Shown in pieces: positions 63,665-64,000 of a stretch of DNA of 64,000 nt (the stretch's first letter is position 1; the number at the start of each line of letters is the position of its first letter). The translations under genes and the position numbers were made by a program. The notes beneath the pieces were generated by a model, which ran no database searches, had not been told where the DNA came from, and saw only the letters and a list, made by a program, of their open reading frames with translations. This DNA comes from Amoebophrya sp. A120. Lineage: Eukaryota > Protista > Dinoflagellata. The stretch lies in assembly GCA_905178155.1 (NCBI GenBank), contig CAJINV010000002.1, positions 3,424,515 through 3,488,514 of the forward strand. The letters are read 5' to 3'.

Positions 63665-64000
63665 AAGCTTTATTGCAGACAAGACTTAGAATTCTATTTT
63701 TACTACGCGCACTGGTTGCAGCCGGCGCGGCCTCTTCGCATGGTCAAGATGTCCATCGGTGCGGGTGCTAGCACTGCACCACAAAGAAAAAGATCTTCAT
63801 CTTCCCTAGCTAAAAATAGTGGTTTTAGTTTATTACGTCTAGATGAATTTATCGAGTTTTTGGCGAACGAAAGTTTTCGTTTCTATCAGCTGAACAAGGA
63901 CAAATTTTTGGCATCTTGCAGTGTCGGCTAGTAGAGAAGACCAACGAAGATGCTTCGAACATCATTATGTCTCTTCACAGTCTCACGACAGAATCACGAA

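Overview
Eukaryotic, gene-dense window. The introns and one-strand gene layout match what has been described for the parasitic dinoflagellate Amoebophrya (Syndiniales); that assignment is inferred, not checked. All recognisable genes lie on the + strand: a tandem family of large single-pass membrane proteins with Cys-rich/PAN-apple-like ectodomains (two complete copies, one cut by the window start, two internally deleted), a small hypothetical gene, topoisomerase III beta, a syntaxin, a SHIPPO/ODF3-like protein, a THUMP (Tan1-like) protein and a DJ-1/PfpI protein. The dominant feature is about 73 complete 140-360 bp inverted-repeat elements (one enlarged to 484 bp), in at least 10 multi-copy families plus singletons, counted by eye. 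Nearly all run TAT...ATA, are flanked by a 5-bp direct repeat, lie only inside coding sequence, occur in either orientation and lack GT-AG boundaries. Removing an element plus one repeat copy restores the reading frame and conserved motifs, so they behave as transposon-like non-canonical introns (introners). Other mobile DNA includes a split-direct-repeat element, a foldback element with a palindrome array, nested MITE/LTR-like inserts and a 90-bp tandem repeat.
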